Shown: positions 34,801 to 42,530 of the stretch, piece after piece
How positions within the stretch are numbered: position 1 is the stretch's first letter
Layout of the letters: the number at the start of each line of letters is the position of its first letter
NCBI GenBank assembly: GCA_048128005.1
Contig: JBEUKZ010000032.1
Location: 124,001-188,000 of the forward strand
DNA length: 64,000 bases
DNA from: Veleropilina oligotropha
Taxonomy: Eukaryota
Direction of reading: 5' to 3'
The notes under the pieces: generated by a model
What the model was told of the DNA's origin: nothing
Databases searched by the model: none
What the model saw: only the letters and a program-made list of their open reading frames with translations
Made by a program: the position numbers and the translations under genes

Positions 34801-37800
34801 CGCTAGAAATATAAACGTCGTCGAGGGCACGAAGCAGGATTTGTCGTTGTTGATCTGTAATCCCAGGCGCTTCGCCGATGACAGGGTAACGCTCATAGAC
34901 TGGAGGCACCGATCCCGGGACGCCCCGAGAATCAGCCAGTCGTCGAGGTACATATGTACTCTGTGCCCTTGCGAGTGTAGGAAGGCGCCGAGAGCCTGTA
35001 CTACCCGCGTGAAGACGTACAGGGCTGACGATAGACCGAACGGTAGACACCTGAATTGGTAGATCGTTCCCCCGTGAACAAACCGTAGGTACCGGTGAGC
35101 CGAGATATGCATCGGAACGTGTAGGTACGCATCGGTTAAGTCGATAGATGCTGCCCAGTCGCCCGGACGGATGGCCGTTCGTATCTTCGAGAGTGTTTCT
35201 TGCTTGAACTTCTCGGTACGAAGATACTGGTTGAGGAACGACAGATCGAGGATCGGTCGCCAACGGCCACCGGGTTTCGGGACCAGGAAAAAGTGGCTGT
35301 AATATCCTGGTGTGCTGGGCGGCGCGGGATAGATCGCTCTCTTTGAGAGTAAATCCCGCACTGCCTGGTCTAGGACGGCTTGTTTTTCTCCTATCAGGAG
35401 ACGAGCGCGTCCTGGTGGTGGTGTCGCGTCTAGGGTTGGATGCCGGTCGAATGCCAACTTGTATCCGGCACTCACGACTGAGTGAACCCAGTTGTCCTCT
35501 GTCATTTCTAGCCAGGACAGGCTGTACTCTGACAGACACGCTCCCACCGGCGGAAGCGTGCAACTGAGCTCGTCGCGAGCGCCGGCAACCCTAGGGCCGC
35601 GGCTTCCCTCTCCCGCTCTGACGGGATTTCGTCGGAGGTGCTTTCTTCGCAACAGGTTTGTTGGCCTGAGAAGGCCGACCCGGCGAAGGTTTAGCACGCT
35701 TGGAAGGCGTATGAGACCGGGACGGTCTCGAGCGTTTCCTAGAGGTAGCAGTCGGCGTGCTCCGAGGAGTAGCCAAGACTGCCTTCTCGATTGCGCGATC
35801 CTTGAGGTCAGCCGCTCGCTTCTCGACAAATTCGGGGAATTTGTCGCCGAAGAGAGTAGAGGCCGACAACGGTACACAACGTAGAGACAGCCGGGTGGCG
35901 TCGTCTAGGGTGGTGCCGTCTAGGCAAGCGTCTCTACGAAGTAGGACAGCATTGCCTAAGGATCGGGCTGACTCCGACGCGGAGTGCTCCGTGGAGGCGG
36001 CAACCTCTTCGAGAAAGGACAGTGCGATCTCACGAGCGCGGGGTCCGTTCTCTTGTAGTACGGTAATGGCTCCGTCTAGGAAAAAATCCTGGATAGAGGC
36101 ATGCCGTAGAGCCCGACGAGCGGAGCTCTCAAAGCCCTCCATGGCGACCCATGGGACTTTGACCACTGAGGGAGCTGTGCTGGCCGACAGTCGACGCATC
36201 GCTGCATCGATCTGAACCGGCTCAGTCTCCAGACACGCCCCAGGGCATCCGATCGAAATCGGACGCTTACCGGGTCGGAGGTGCTTCCCTTTACGGAGAC
36301 CACGAGGGTACTCTGTTAATGAGGAAGTCTCCACCGATTTGGGTCCCTGAATGGATTTGGTCGCCGAGTCGAGGACGAGCGAGACCAACCCCGACTGGGG
36401 TAGGGTAGGAAGCAGGGGGGCTTCCGGCCCATCAAATCGACGTGCCGCTGTCCTGTGCTTGACGAAGCCTACCGGCAGAGCCGGGTCTGGCAAGTCTAGC
36501 ACCCCGCGAAGCGACGCGACAGCGTCGTATCTTCTGCGGGTGGCGGAGATGGTCTCATGCGTGCCCGACTGACTACAAGAGTCGTCCGGTCCGACCGATT
36601 CAGGGAGGTCAGAGTGAGTGGAAGCACTGTCCTCGTCGGAACGAGGATCGACTTCCATCACCGAAGCATGAGCCGAGCCCGGCGTTACGGTCAGAGACGT
36701 TGGGACCTGGGGCGGCTGGGTAGCCGGTTGCCAGGACCTACAACGTGCCTCGACTTCCATCGCAATCATAGCCTGGACGCTCTCAAGAGAGAAACCCGGA
36801 GGCATGACGGACGTCGGACCAACAGCCATTGGTCCGCTCGAGGATACCGTAGCGCATTGTTGACGGGCTGCACGGACAGGTGGAGCCGAGTACCAGGGAC
36901 TCGGGTTACCTGTCGGGAAACCGCTACCAGGGAAACGGCCCGGAGGCGCGTTAAACGGTGCGAGCGACCCGTAAGACTGCGACCACAGTCCATACGGGTC
37001 TGTAACCCTGCTCGGGTGAGGCACGGGGGTATACCCGCCGTACGCCTCAGCCCCGAACGCAGCCGATCCTACCACACCACCCGGGACGTCTTGAAAAGAA
37101 CCGTCAGAGGAGGTTGGCCTTCCATCACTCTCGTGGGCCCCGACAGTGGCGGAATTAGCCTTTAAGCTAGCGCCATTGTCGGACGAGAGGACGGGTTGCG
37201 TCGAGCGTCTGGGACTTCGACCACGGTCGTGGTGCCCAGCAACTGTATCGACTTTTTCTGCTAGTCTCCTTCGCCTCTTTTCAGAGGTTACTCGACTCAC
37301 AGAAGGACTAACGCTGCCTTGCTCCTCCGAGGCCGGAGGAGAGGTAAGGTTTTGTCTGCCCTGTACAGCTTTTCGCCGCGGCGCTCGATGTATCTCACTG
37401 GCCGGCAAGATACTTTGAGCAGCGGTTACTAGGCCCAAAGGAGAGGTATCGGTCGGAACTCGGTCCCTTACCTGAATCTGAGATCCCGACGATTCCGGGA
37501 CTTTACCCAAAGTCTCGGAGGTGTCGTCGGGCCCACCACGGCTACCATCAAGAGGGTCTGAAAGAGAAAGTGAAGGGTTAAAACCTGTCTCTAGCCTCTG
37601 GAGCTTCTCGGTGGATGCCCCCTCGGAAGAAGATACCCTGGTTGTCTTCTCCGAAGGGAAAAGAGTCTCCCACTGCCGACTCGTCAGTGTTACGCAATGC
37701 CCACATGGATGGTCCTTATCGCTAGAACATACACGGTGAAAAGTGCATTCGGAGTGCTTGTCAAAACCACGGATTTTCTGTCTGCACTCGGAAACACTGC

Positions 37801-39864
37801 AATGCTTCATAGCTACACACACGGGTAGGTAGGAGATAGGGTTTTTGAAGTGATAAGGATATTTCCCGGGTAGTTTACCAAATTACTACTACAACCTCGA
37901 TTGTACCTGATCCGAGAGTTGGAAAAGGCTGAAATACGCTTAGAACTTACGGCGGATTATACGCCCAAAAACACCGACTTTATATTTTTACTTTTTAAAA
38001 ACCAGTCGGTCAACGAATTGAGAAACGGGAGGTCTTTCTTTTTAAGAAACCGCCCTTTTACACCTAAAAACCTCTTGGATGTATATATATCAATTTGTTA
38101 GAATTCGGCGTGCTATCCCCGATTTAGCAGATTTACCAAAATAACGCTAGTTAAATTCTAAATAATCTGCTTTTCAACGACGATAAATTTGATTACATAA
38201 ATTTATAGCAAGAAAAAAGTCGTTGAGGAATTATCGTATATATAAATGAAATGCAATGCAAATTCAAGCAATATCAATAATCAACTCTCTTATCCTGACT
38301 CCGTAGTTATTGCTAGGGAGCTTCCTTCTTTAAATATCCCTCTGAGCGTCCTCTTTTCTTTCTGTTTCAGAAGTCCAAGATGGCGTCGTCAATGGAGGAT
38401 GTCGATTTCGTTTTCTGTCCTTTTCAGGCAGGAAAAACTTCTAAGAAGGCGTCTTATTCAGGAGGAGACTCTCAGACTTTCCACTAAACGTGTTCACAAC
38501 ACTATACTAGATCTTATGAGCTTATAGATTGTTAAAATCGAGCTCGAAAAAGATAGAAAAATCACAAAGATTGTGGAGCAAAGCAAAACGCGACTTGTAC
38601 AATCGAGCGGAAAACTTCGGATGAGGTCTTGACCCTTGGGTCACGAGGATCTCGCGGGAGTTGGCGAGCTCTTAATAGACATGAACTGGAGGAGGTCGAG
38701 CAGGTCACTGGGTCAGCTGGGTTCAATTTACTAAAAAGTGCGAAATTACCATTTCCACCTTGTCCGGATTTAGCGATAATAGGCTTATTATGGCATTAGT
38801 AAGGACGTAAGTATATTTGATATAGATAGATCATTCCAAGATACAATAATTGAATGCAACGGCAATGCATCAGGCACGATTGTAGAGAGCATAGATGTAC
38901 CTTTGATGTGATGCAAAGATAATATTTGAAAGTGCAGCAAAATTATTTTACTCATTTAATTTTGATAATATGGATCTGTAATGTGTGTTTTCAGGTCACC
39001 TAAGGATTATTGAATCCCTGTGTTCAAGAGTATCAACTCGCTACATACCATCTGGTCCACGTCCCCCAGTCTTCTGCATCAGCAGTGGGTACAGAGAATA
39101 CTTGGCCACTTTGCTTGGTTTCTCGACAACAAAACTTCTAGGGTACTCGAAAGGTCTCAGATATCTGTTGCACCTACATAACAATAAATACCCGTGAATT
39201 GTTGCACAATAAAGAAGCAATAAGTGCAAAAGACAATAACAGATTTAAAATGGAGTTTGTTTTTCTAGATTTATATAAACAATGCTTCAACGTTTATTGG
39301 AGAAGACCAACAGCACGAATATAGTCAGAATATTTAACTAAAGAGTATAAGCAGTTTTTGGTACATGTTAACGACAAACAGCTATATGTTAACCGACAAA
39401 CAGCTATATGTTAACCGACAAACATCTATATGTTAACCGACAAACAGCTATATGTTAACTGACAAACAGCTATATGTTAACCGACAAACAGCTATATGTT
39501 AACCGACAAACAGCTATATGTTAACCGACAAACAGCTATATGTCAACCGACAAACAGCTATATGTTAACTGACAAACAGCTATATGTTAACCGACAAACA
39601 GCTATATGTTAACCGACAAACAGCTATATGTTAACCAACAAACAGCTATAAAACCACCTCAAAACTGAATAGCAACTATGGCAACACACAACGCATGAGA
39701 ATATACTACTGTGATCCATGTTTGTTTTATGAGATGTGTGCACCCGGTGTAGATCTGAGCTTTACACAGATGAGGCAGTACCTGACTGGCTGATTGGCCA
39801 CAAGCTTGGTAACGAGACCCTCCAACAAGGCCATTCGGCTAAGCTGGGAGATGACCTTAAACAT
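19852..39864 (-). CDS. MRPL2: Mitochondrial ribosomal protein uL2m; coding exons 39864-39782, 39173-39049, 21437-21192, 20264-19852
   Basis: Phase-compatible GT-AG exons give MFKVISQ...KTGGRGPDGQKWNHRRAGGARKRWRRVDYKR...YDPCRSSHIA...VHNVE...ARAAGT...TVGRVSN...GSPNRMRWLG, the uL2 signature motifs. The first coding exon is less certain. Confidence 0.92.
20336..20580 (+). repeat. 35-bp minisatellite x7
   Basis: Unit ttccattaatatc(a/g)acattccggtttataccaggg. Confidence 0.95.
21538..22510 (+). mobile_element. Non-autonomous Helentron-associated (HINE/pearl-like) repeat with internal ~180-bp tandem units
   Basis: Starts acaagagcccgtaagaaaacggattcatccccc; internal tandem units; GGAC microsatellite; terminal hairpin atccccc...gggggata. 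Related fragments at ~8415, ~10780-10860 and ~15110. Confidence 0.55.
22640..23200 (-). mobile_element. Degenerate Penelope-like element RT fragment
   Basis: Minus-strand translation resembles IKF..E.D.KL.F.D and VYR.PT.T..Y.NF.S..HLEYKRSVV. Confidence 0.55.
24925..27155 (+). pseudogene. DIRS-A gag-like ORF1, frameshifted near 25055
   Basis: The N-terminal Cys/His motif (MVHCSEPEC...HSVCRIHRSC...CAKC) is in a different frame from the rest; the two parts are contiguous in DIRS-B. Confidence 0.8.
27049..29223 (+). CDS. DIRS-A pol: RT, RNase H, Dam-like methyltransferase
   Basis: DLTDAYLHVP, LPFGLSSAP, YLDD; TDASNEGWGG, HINYLELEAV, TDNTT; DLFAT...DAL...YAFPP. Confidence 0.92.
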   Translation: MPDLLGVDLRPGNPARKKALQLNPVRAGEGSRHGPRVAGTRDVLSCALPPVGACLLGYSQTWLELTDSSWVHSVVSAGYNLSFNRHPTLSVTPPPRHARLLQGEKQAVLDQAVRDLLLKGAIYPAPPSTPGFYSHFFLVPKPDGRWRPILDLSHLNRYLRTEKFQQETLSKIRAAIRPGDWAASIDLTDAYLHVPMHVSAHQYLRFIHGDTIYQFRCLPFGLSSAPYVFTRVVQALGAFLHSLGHRVHMYLDDWLILGASRDQCLQSMSVTLSSAKRLGLQINNEKSCFVPSTTFTFLGVVFDTVRYTAKPTEKRIVNLRAVIQDTRSSGIATARQLATVLGHIESVAPLLPTGRMDKRPLQQAFRDRWVQWTGQWTDRIDLRHWFNHSTAVWLNPALPSQSVPISPPEPNAFLYTDASNEGWGGHLDSYETSGLWPTDLQGRHINYLELEAVYLTVRSLSSHLRNKHILLATDNTTVVAYVQHQGGTRSRPLCDRAIDLHRLVMSLNSTIRARHIPGILNVRADSLSRKSQIIHTEWTLHSPVAREICRRWSQPLVDLFATEFNHRLPLYVSPYPDPAALAVDALSMPWENLIAYAFPPSSILRLVLQKASRDRCEITLIAPLNRTQSWFPTLLDLIVDRPLALPQRPDLLMQPRSRVLHPSSNELRLHAWRLSNDRLLRKDFLAQQPSAFTDREDNLKSMTTDGSNMWIGVTGGKLIYSVPL
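27207..30135 (+). pseudogene. DIRS-A tyrosine recombinase ORF3, frameshifted near 29875
   Basis: KRVSEI, AKNQ and CPVRAL lie in one frame; AHETRA, GYW and FVKHY lie in the next frame. Confidence 0.88.
32603..35563 (-). CDS. DIRS-B tyrosine recombinase ORF3
   Basis: GNRASEI, AKTQ, AHETRA, CYW and FVRFY supply the full R-K-H-R-W-Y set in one frame. Confidence 0.9.
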   Translation of the reverse strand: MHASAGGSVSVRVQPVLARNDRGQLGSLSRECRIQVGIRPASNPRRDTTTRTRSSPDRRKTSRPRPGSAGFTLKESDLSRAAQHTRILQPLFPGPETRWPLATDPRSVVPQPVSSYREVQARNTLEDTNGHPSGRLGSIYRLNRCVPTRSDAYLGSPVPTVCSRGNDLPIQVSTVRSIVSPVRLHAGSTGSRRLPTLARAQSTYVPRRLADSRGVPGSVPPVYERYPVIGEAPGITDQQRQILLRALDDVYISSGRIRHGPVHRETDSETYREPTRSYTGNTVFTDNYSATTGHCPRAHRVGSSPVTDGSHGQTTVAAGLQGPLDTTYGTVDGSHRSTALVQSHDSSVVEHYPAEPVGSNIPPRTERLPLHGRVKRGLGRAPRQSRDIGPLAYGPSGTTHQLPRVRSRLPVSTVPLVTSPKQAHNASNGQHDCRRLHPAPGRHSLPSDLRPSDRPTPPSDVTQLVNSSPTHPGEAECQSGYALSENTDYTHRVDATCPCSPRCLSPVVDASSRSIRDRIQSPTPSLCVSLPRPGRYSGRRSVNEMGESDRLRLPTVVHVGTSTTESDPRRLRVDANSTSTTNAVLVSDTSGSTHRSAASAAADGRPVVSTAQSGSTPVGERVSLSRLATIERSLIKKGFSRATAQRIYRSRRQSTTRVYDYRWKKFVDWCRGRQVNIFRPPVTKFIEFLSSLLERGMSISAVKGYRSCVATTLRQCREHTRLSTDKTISDFIRSYQLERPIQRVRPPAWNVLLVLNALLRCPYEPMSDSSLKNLTYKTVFLTALATGNRASEIHALSGELRDIHFHTNGSVTLHTVLGFLAKTQRPDDISPEVCIRNLSMLDRNDIDRLNCPVRALRFYLDKTRDLRHGKKRLFVSHMPQFHRDIRKSTVSRWIVSVVKEIYSRSNEPERDFVSIHAHETRAVATSLAFKYNLNINEILKACYWKNANTFVRFYLHDYATTAEGEHRISFVAAGQQCITGSGSSRQ
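33517..35877 (-). CDS. DIRS-B pol: RT, RNase H, Dam-like methyltransferase
   Basis: YLDD, TDAS, LELEA, TDN and DLFAT...YAFPP motifs, uninterrupted. Confidence 0.92.
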   Translation of the reverse strand: MYRCRPLLSSATNSPNLSRSERLTSRIAQSRRQSWLLLGARRLLPLGNARDRPGLIRLPSVLNLRRVGLLRPTNLLRRKHLRRNPVRAGEGSRGPRVAGARDELSCTLPPVGACLSEYSLSWLEMTEDNWVHSVVSAGYKLAFDRHPTLDATPPPGRARLLIGEKQAVLDQAVRDLLSKRAIYPAPPSTPGYYSHFFLVPKPGGRWRPILDLSFLNQYLRTEKFKQETLSKIRTAIRPGDWAASIDLTDAYLHVPMHISAHRYLRFVHGGTIYQFRCLPFGLSSALYVFTRVVQALGAFLHSQGHRVHMYLDDWLILGASRDRCLQSMSVTLSSAKRLGLQINNDKSCFVPSTTFIFLAVEFDTVRYTAKPTQKRIENLRAVILETQSSRITTARRLATVLGHIESVAPLLPTGRMDKRPLQQAFKDRWIQRTGQWTDRIDLLHWFNRTTAVWLNTTLPSQSVPISPPEPNAYLFTDASNEGWGGHLDSHETSGLWPTDLQGRHINFLELEAVFLSVQSLSSHLRNKHIMLATDNTTVVAYIQHQGGTRSRPICDRAIDLHRLVMSLNSSIRARHIPGKLNVRADTLSRKTQIIHTEWTLHARVARDVCRLWSTPQVDLFATEYNHRLPLYVSPYPDPAAIAVDALSMRWENLIAYAFPPSCMLAQVLRKATREDCELTLIAPLQRTQSWFPTLLDLLIDQPRALPQMADLLSQPRSRVLHPSANEFRFHAWRLSRDRSLRKAFLERQPSAFTDLEDNLQQGYMTTDGKSLWIGVAGGKSIYSAPL
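35591..37810 (-). CDS. DIRS-B gag-like ORF1
   Basis: MKHCSVSEC...HSECTFHRVC...CGHC start, low-complexity middle, helical C-terminal domain (LLRRDACL) homologous to DIRS-A ORF1. Confidence 0.85.
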   Translation of the reverse strand: MKHCSVSECRQKIRGFDKHSECTFHRVCSSDKDHPCGHCVTLTSRQWETLFPSEKTTRVSSSEGASTEKLQRLETGFNPSLSLSDPLDGSRGGPDDTSETLGKVPESSGSQIQVRDRVPTDTSPLGLVTAAQSILPASEIHRAPRRKAVQGRQNLTSPPASEEQGSVSPSVSRVTSEKRRRRLAEKVDTVAGHHDRGRSPRRSTQPVLSSDNGASLKANSATVGAHESDGRPTSSDGSFQDVPGGVVGSAAFGAEAYGGYTPVPHPSRVTDPYGLWSQSYGSLAPFNAPPGRFPGSGFPTGNPSPWYSAPPVRAARQQCATVSSSGPMAVGPTSVMPPGFSLESVQAMIAMEVEARCRSWQPATQPPQVPTSLTVTPGSAHASVMEVDPRSDEDSASTHSDLPESVGPDDSCSQSGTHETISATRRRYDAVASLRGVLDLPDPALPVGFVKHRTAARRFDGPEAPLLPTLPQSGLVSLVLDSATKSIQGPKSVETSSLTEYPRGLRKGKHLRPGKRPISIGCPGACLETEPVQIDAAMRRLSASTAPSVVKVPWVAMEGFESSARRALRHASIQDFFLDGAITVLQENGPRAREIALSFLEEVAASTEHSASESARSLGNAVLLRRDACLDGTTLDDATRLSLRCVPLSASTLFGDKFPEFVEKRAADLKDRAIEKAVLATPRSTPTATSRKRSRPSRSHTPSKRAKPSPGRPSQANKPVAKKAPPTKSRQSGRGKPRP
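39365..39649 (+). repeat. 22-bp minisatellite x~13
   Basis: Unit atgttaaccgacaaacagctat. Confidence 0.95.
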
Positions 39865-40529
39865 GGTTTCAGAACTGGACTATAAGTCTCAAATCTGAAA
39901 GACAACGGATACCCAAATAATTAAATACATGTATATATGCAACTAGCAAATCCTCGACCCAGCAAGTCGAGAGGGTGTATCCCCTCCCACGGCAGTGAAA
40001 ATTGATAGGTGACGTGTCCTCATCATACCAAACATGTATAACAAATTTGAATAAAATCAGATAATAGCTTTTCACTGTAGAGTGCGCACAAAAATCTCGT
40101 CAAAGAACATGGCAGCCTTGGCAGCCATCTTGAATCCAAAACCTACGAAATTGTTAGGCAGTGTGTCCTCATCATTACTAACTCGTATATCAAATTTCAA
40201 TCCAATTGGATTTAAATTTTCACTGTAAAGTGCACGAAATCTCTCCACACAAAAGACCACTGCGGTGGCCATCTTTTATCTGAAAACGATCTCCTGAAAT
40301 CACAGTGCTTAATGTGATGCATTGGTATATACGATTTCTTCTTTTGGCACAAGTTTTAATAGCGGGAGCAGCATGGCCGATTGGATTAATTTTAGATCCA
40401 GCATTCAATTCATGTGTCATATGTGACTAGAATCTTAATTCAAATATATTACAGTCGAACTTGACCATGCGAGTACCTGTATTAAGCAACCACCTTACTA
40501 AAACCACACAGTGTGATTTCTAATGAGAG

Positions 40530-42160
40530 GCATGCCATCCATCACCGCCGCTTGTAATTACAGAGAAAGGAGTAGCTAAACTACTCTCCAGATTACAGAC
40601 CCATAAGGCGATAGGACCGGACGGCATTCCCAACCAAATTCTTAAAACCTGTGCAGACGAACTGGCACCTGCGCTTGAGCATATCTTCAAACGTTCCATA
40701 ACAACTGGCCAACTGCTCAAGGACTGAACACCCGCCCGGTATCACTAACTTGTGTGTCTTGCAAAATACTGGAACACATTCTTTGTAAGCACATATTAAA
40801 CCATCTCGACAGAAACAAACCGGTTTCTCCTGCGAGACCAAACTTTTCACTACCATGCATGATCTCTTGAAAAATCATGATGAAGGCACACCAATGGGCA
40901 TTCTAGTCTTAGACTTCTCAAAAGCATTCGACACTGTGCCTCTTCAAGTTGAGGAACTATGGAATTGATGGACCAATCAATCAGTGGTTAACTTCGTTCC
41001 TGTGTAACCGCGACATGAGAGTAGTCATCAATGGAGAACACTCGCAGAGCTCACCAGTACTGTCAGGGGTACCCCAGGAAACAGTTCTCGGTCCCTTGCT
41101 ATTCCTCTGTCACATTAACAACCTTCCCGACGTGGTCTCCTCGCAAGTGCGTCTATTCGCAGATGACTGCCTTCTCTATCCGAAGATAAAATCATACCGG
41201 AATACCATCAAACTTCAGGAAGACCTTACCAAGCTGAAAGGATGGGCGAAAGCATGGGGGATGTCATTCAATGCCAAAAATAGTACCGTAATGCGTATTG
41301 ATAGTAAAAAAACTCAATTCTACAAACTTGGCGAACACATTCTCCAACAGTCTTCAGAAAGCCCCTACCGCGGCATCACCATATCCAAAAATCTTAAATG
41401 AAACTCCCACATCAGTAAAACTGTCAAGGAAGCGAACTGTTCTCTTGGATTTATCATGAGAACCTCAAGCATTGCCCAGTCGAATGCCGGCGGACGGCCT
41501 ACCTCTGTTTTGTTAATCTATTCTTGCATACCGTTCGATCATCTGGGATTCCCATGCACAGCAGGACGTAAATAGACTTGAATAAGTGCAGAGAAGGGCT
41601 GCAAGGTTTATCCCGGGAGAGTTCTGTTCACGGGAAGAAGGATGTGTGACCAAATGCTCAGAGAGGCAAGACTTACTCTTCTCAAGGAACGACGTCGAAT
41701 GTTCCGCCTCATCATGTTCTACAAGGTGGTCGAAGGGATGGTACCAGCCTAGTCTGATAAATCTGCCACTAATTACAAGCTCTAAATTTTTACAGGCGAC
41801 TGTCTGTCAGAATTTAGAGCTTGTAATTAGGGGCAGATTTATCGGACTAGTACCAGCCTTGCTCTAGCATGATTTCCAGATACCCTAAACAAACGCAGAA
41901 TTCTCCCGAGGGATTTAAGGGACTATCAGTATAACAACAGAGTTGAAAAATACTCTTACAATAGCCTAATTAAAAATCCAGAACTGTAAAACCGATTGAT
42001 TGGAACCATCTTGCCGACATCTCAAGTCTACACAAAGAATCACTGTGGAGCGTTTCAAAAGAACCACCAACCTCCAGAACTACTAGATACCTAGCACTCC
42101 TTTCCCGACGCAATACATGTCCTATTAAGGGACCCTGCGCCGTATACCTACAGATACATA
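40530..42160 (+). mobile_element. Degenerate non-LTR retrotransposon (RT and 3' end)
   Basis: KAIGPDGIP, LDFSKAFDTVP, SGVPQETVLGPLLF, LFADDCLLY and QRRAARF fragments, broken by stops and frameshifts. Confidence 0.85.
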
Positions 42161-42530
42161 GCACCAGAATTATTACCATGGGCGCAGCCATTGCGCATGC
42201 TGGGCAAGGGATCATTCGTTTTTTCGAGATTTTATTAACATTAAAGATCTCATATATTTAACTTGCAAGCAATATTTTTATTGAAGCGAATCTATTTATA
42301 TGGTACACTTTGATTATCTGTAAATAATAACCATCGAATATGTTTTTCTTCTGTTTTGATGAAATTATTTAGCAATTAGAAATACAAATAGAAACTCTCC
42401 CTCGGTGTAAGAAGCGGCTACGAATCCGTTGCGTTTGTTTTTATGTTGTTTGGTTTGATTAAACCAAATATGCATTGAAAACGCAAGTTGTATACTTGTT
42501 CAATTCTCTTTCATTCTATTTGATATTACC

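Larger units (their letters stand above)
31441..38828 (-). mobile_element. Full-length DIRS retrotransposon B (ITRs ~38612-38828 and 31441-31680, ICR ~31744-31812), apparently intact
   Basis: Near-identical inverted termini, ICR complementary to both outer ends, three uninterrupted ORFs. Confidence 0.95.

Noticed and set aside
39365..39649. 22-bp repeat array
   Set aside because: Plain minisatellite with no spacers or coding signal.
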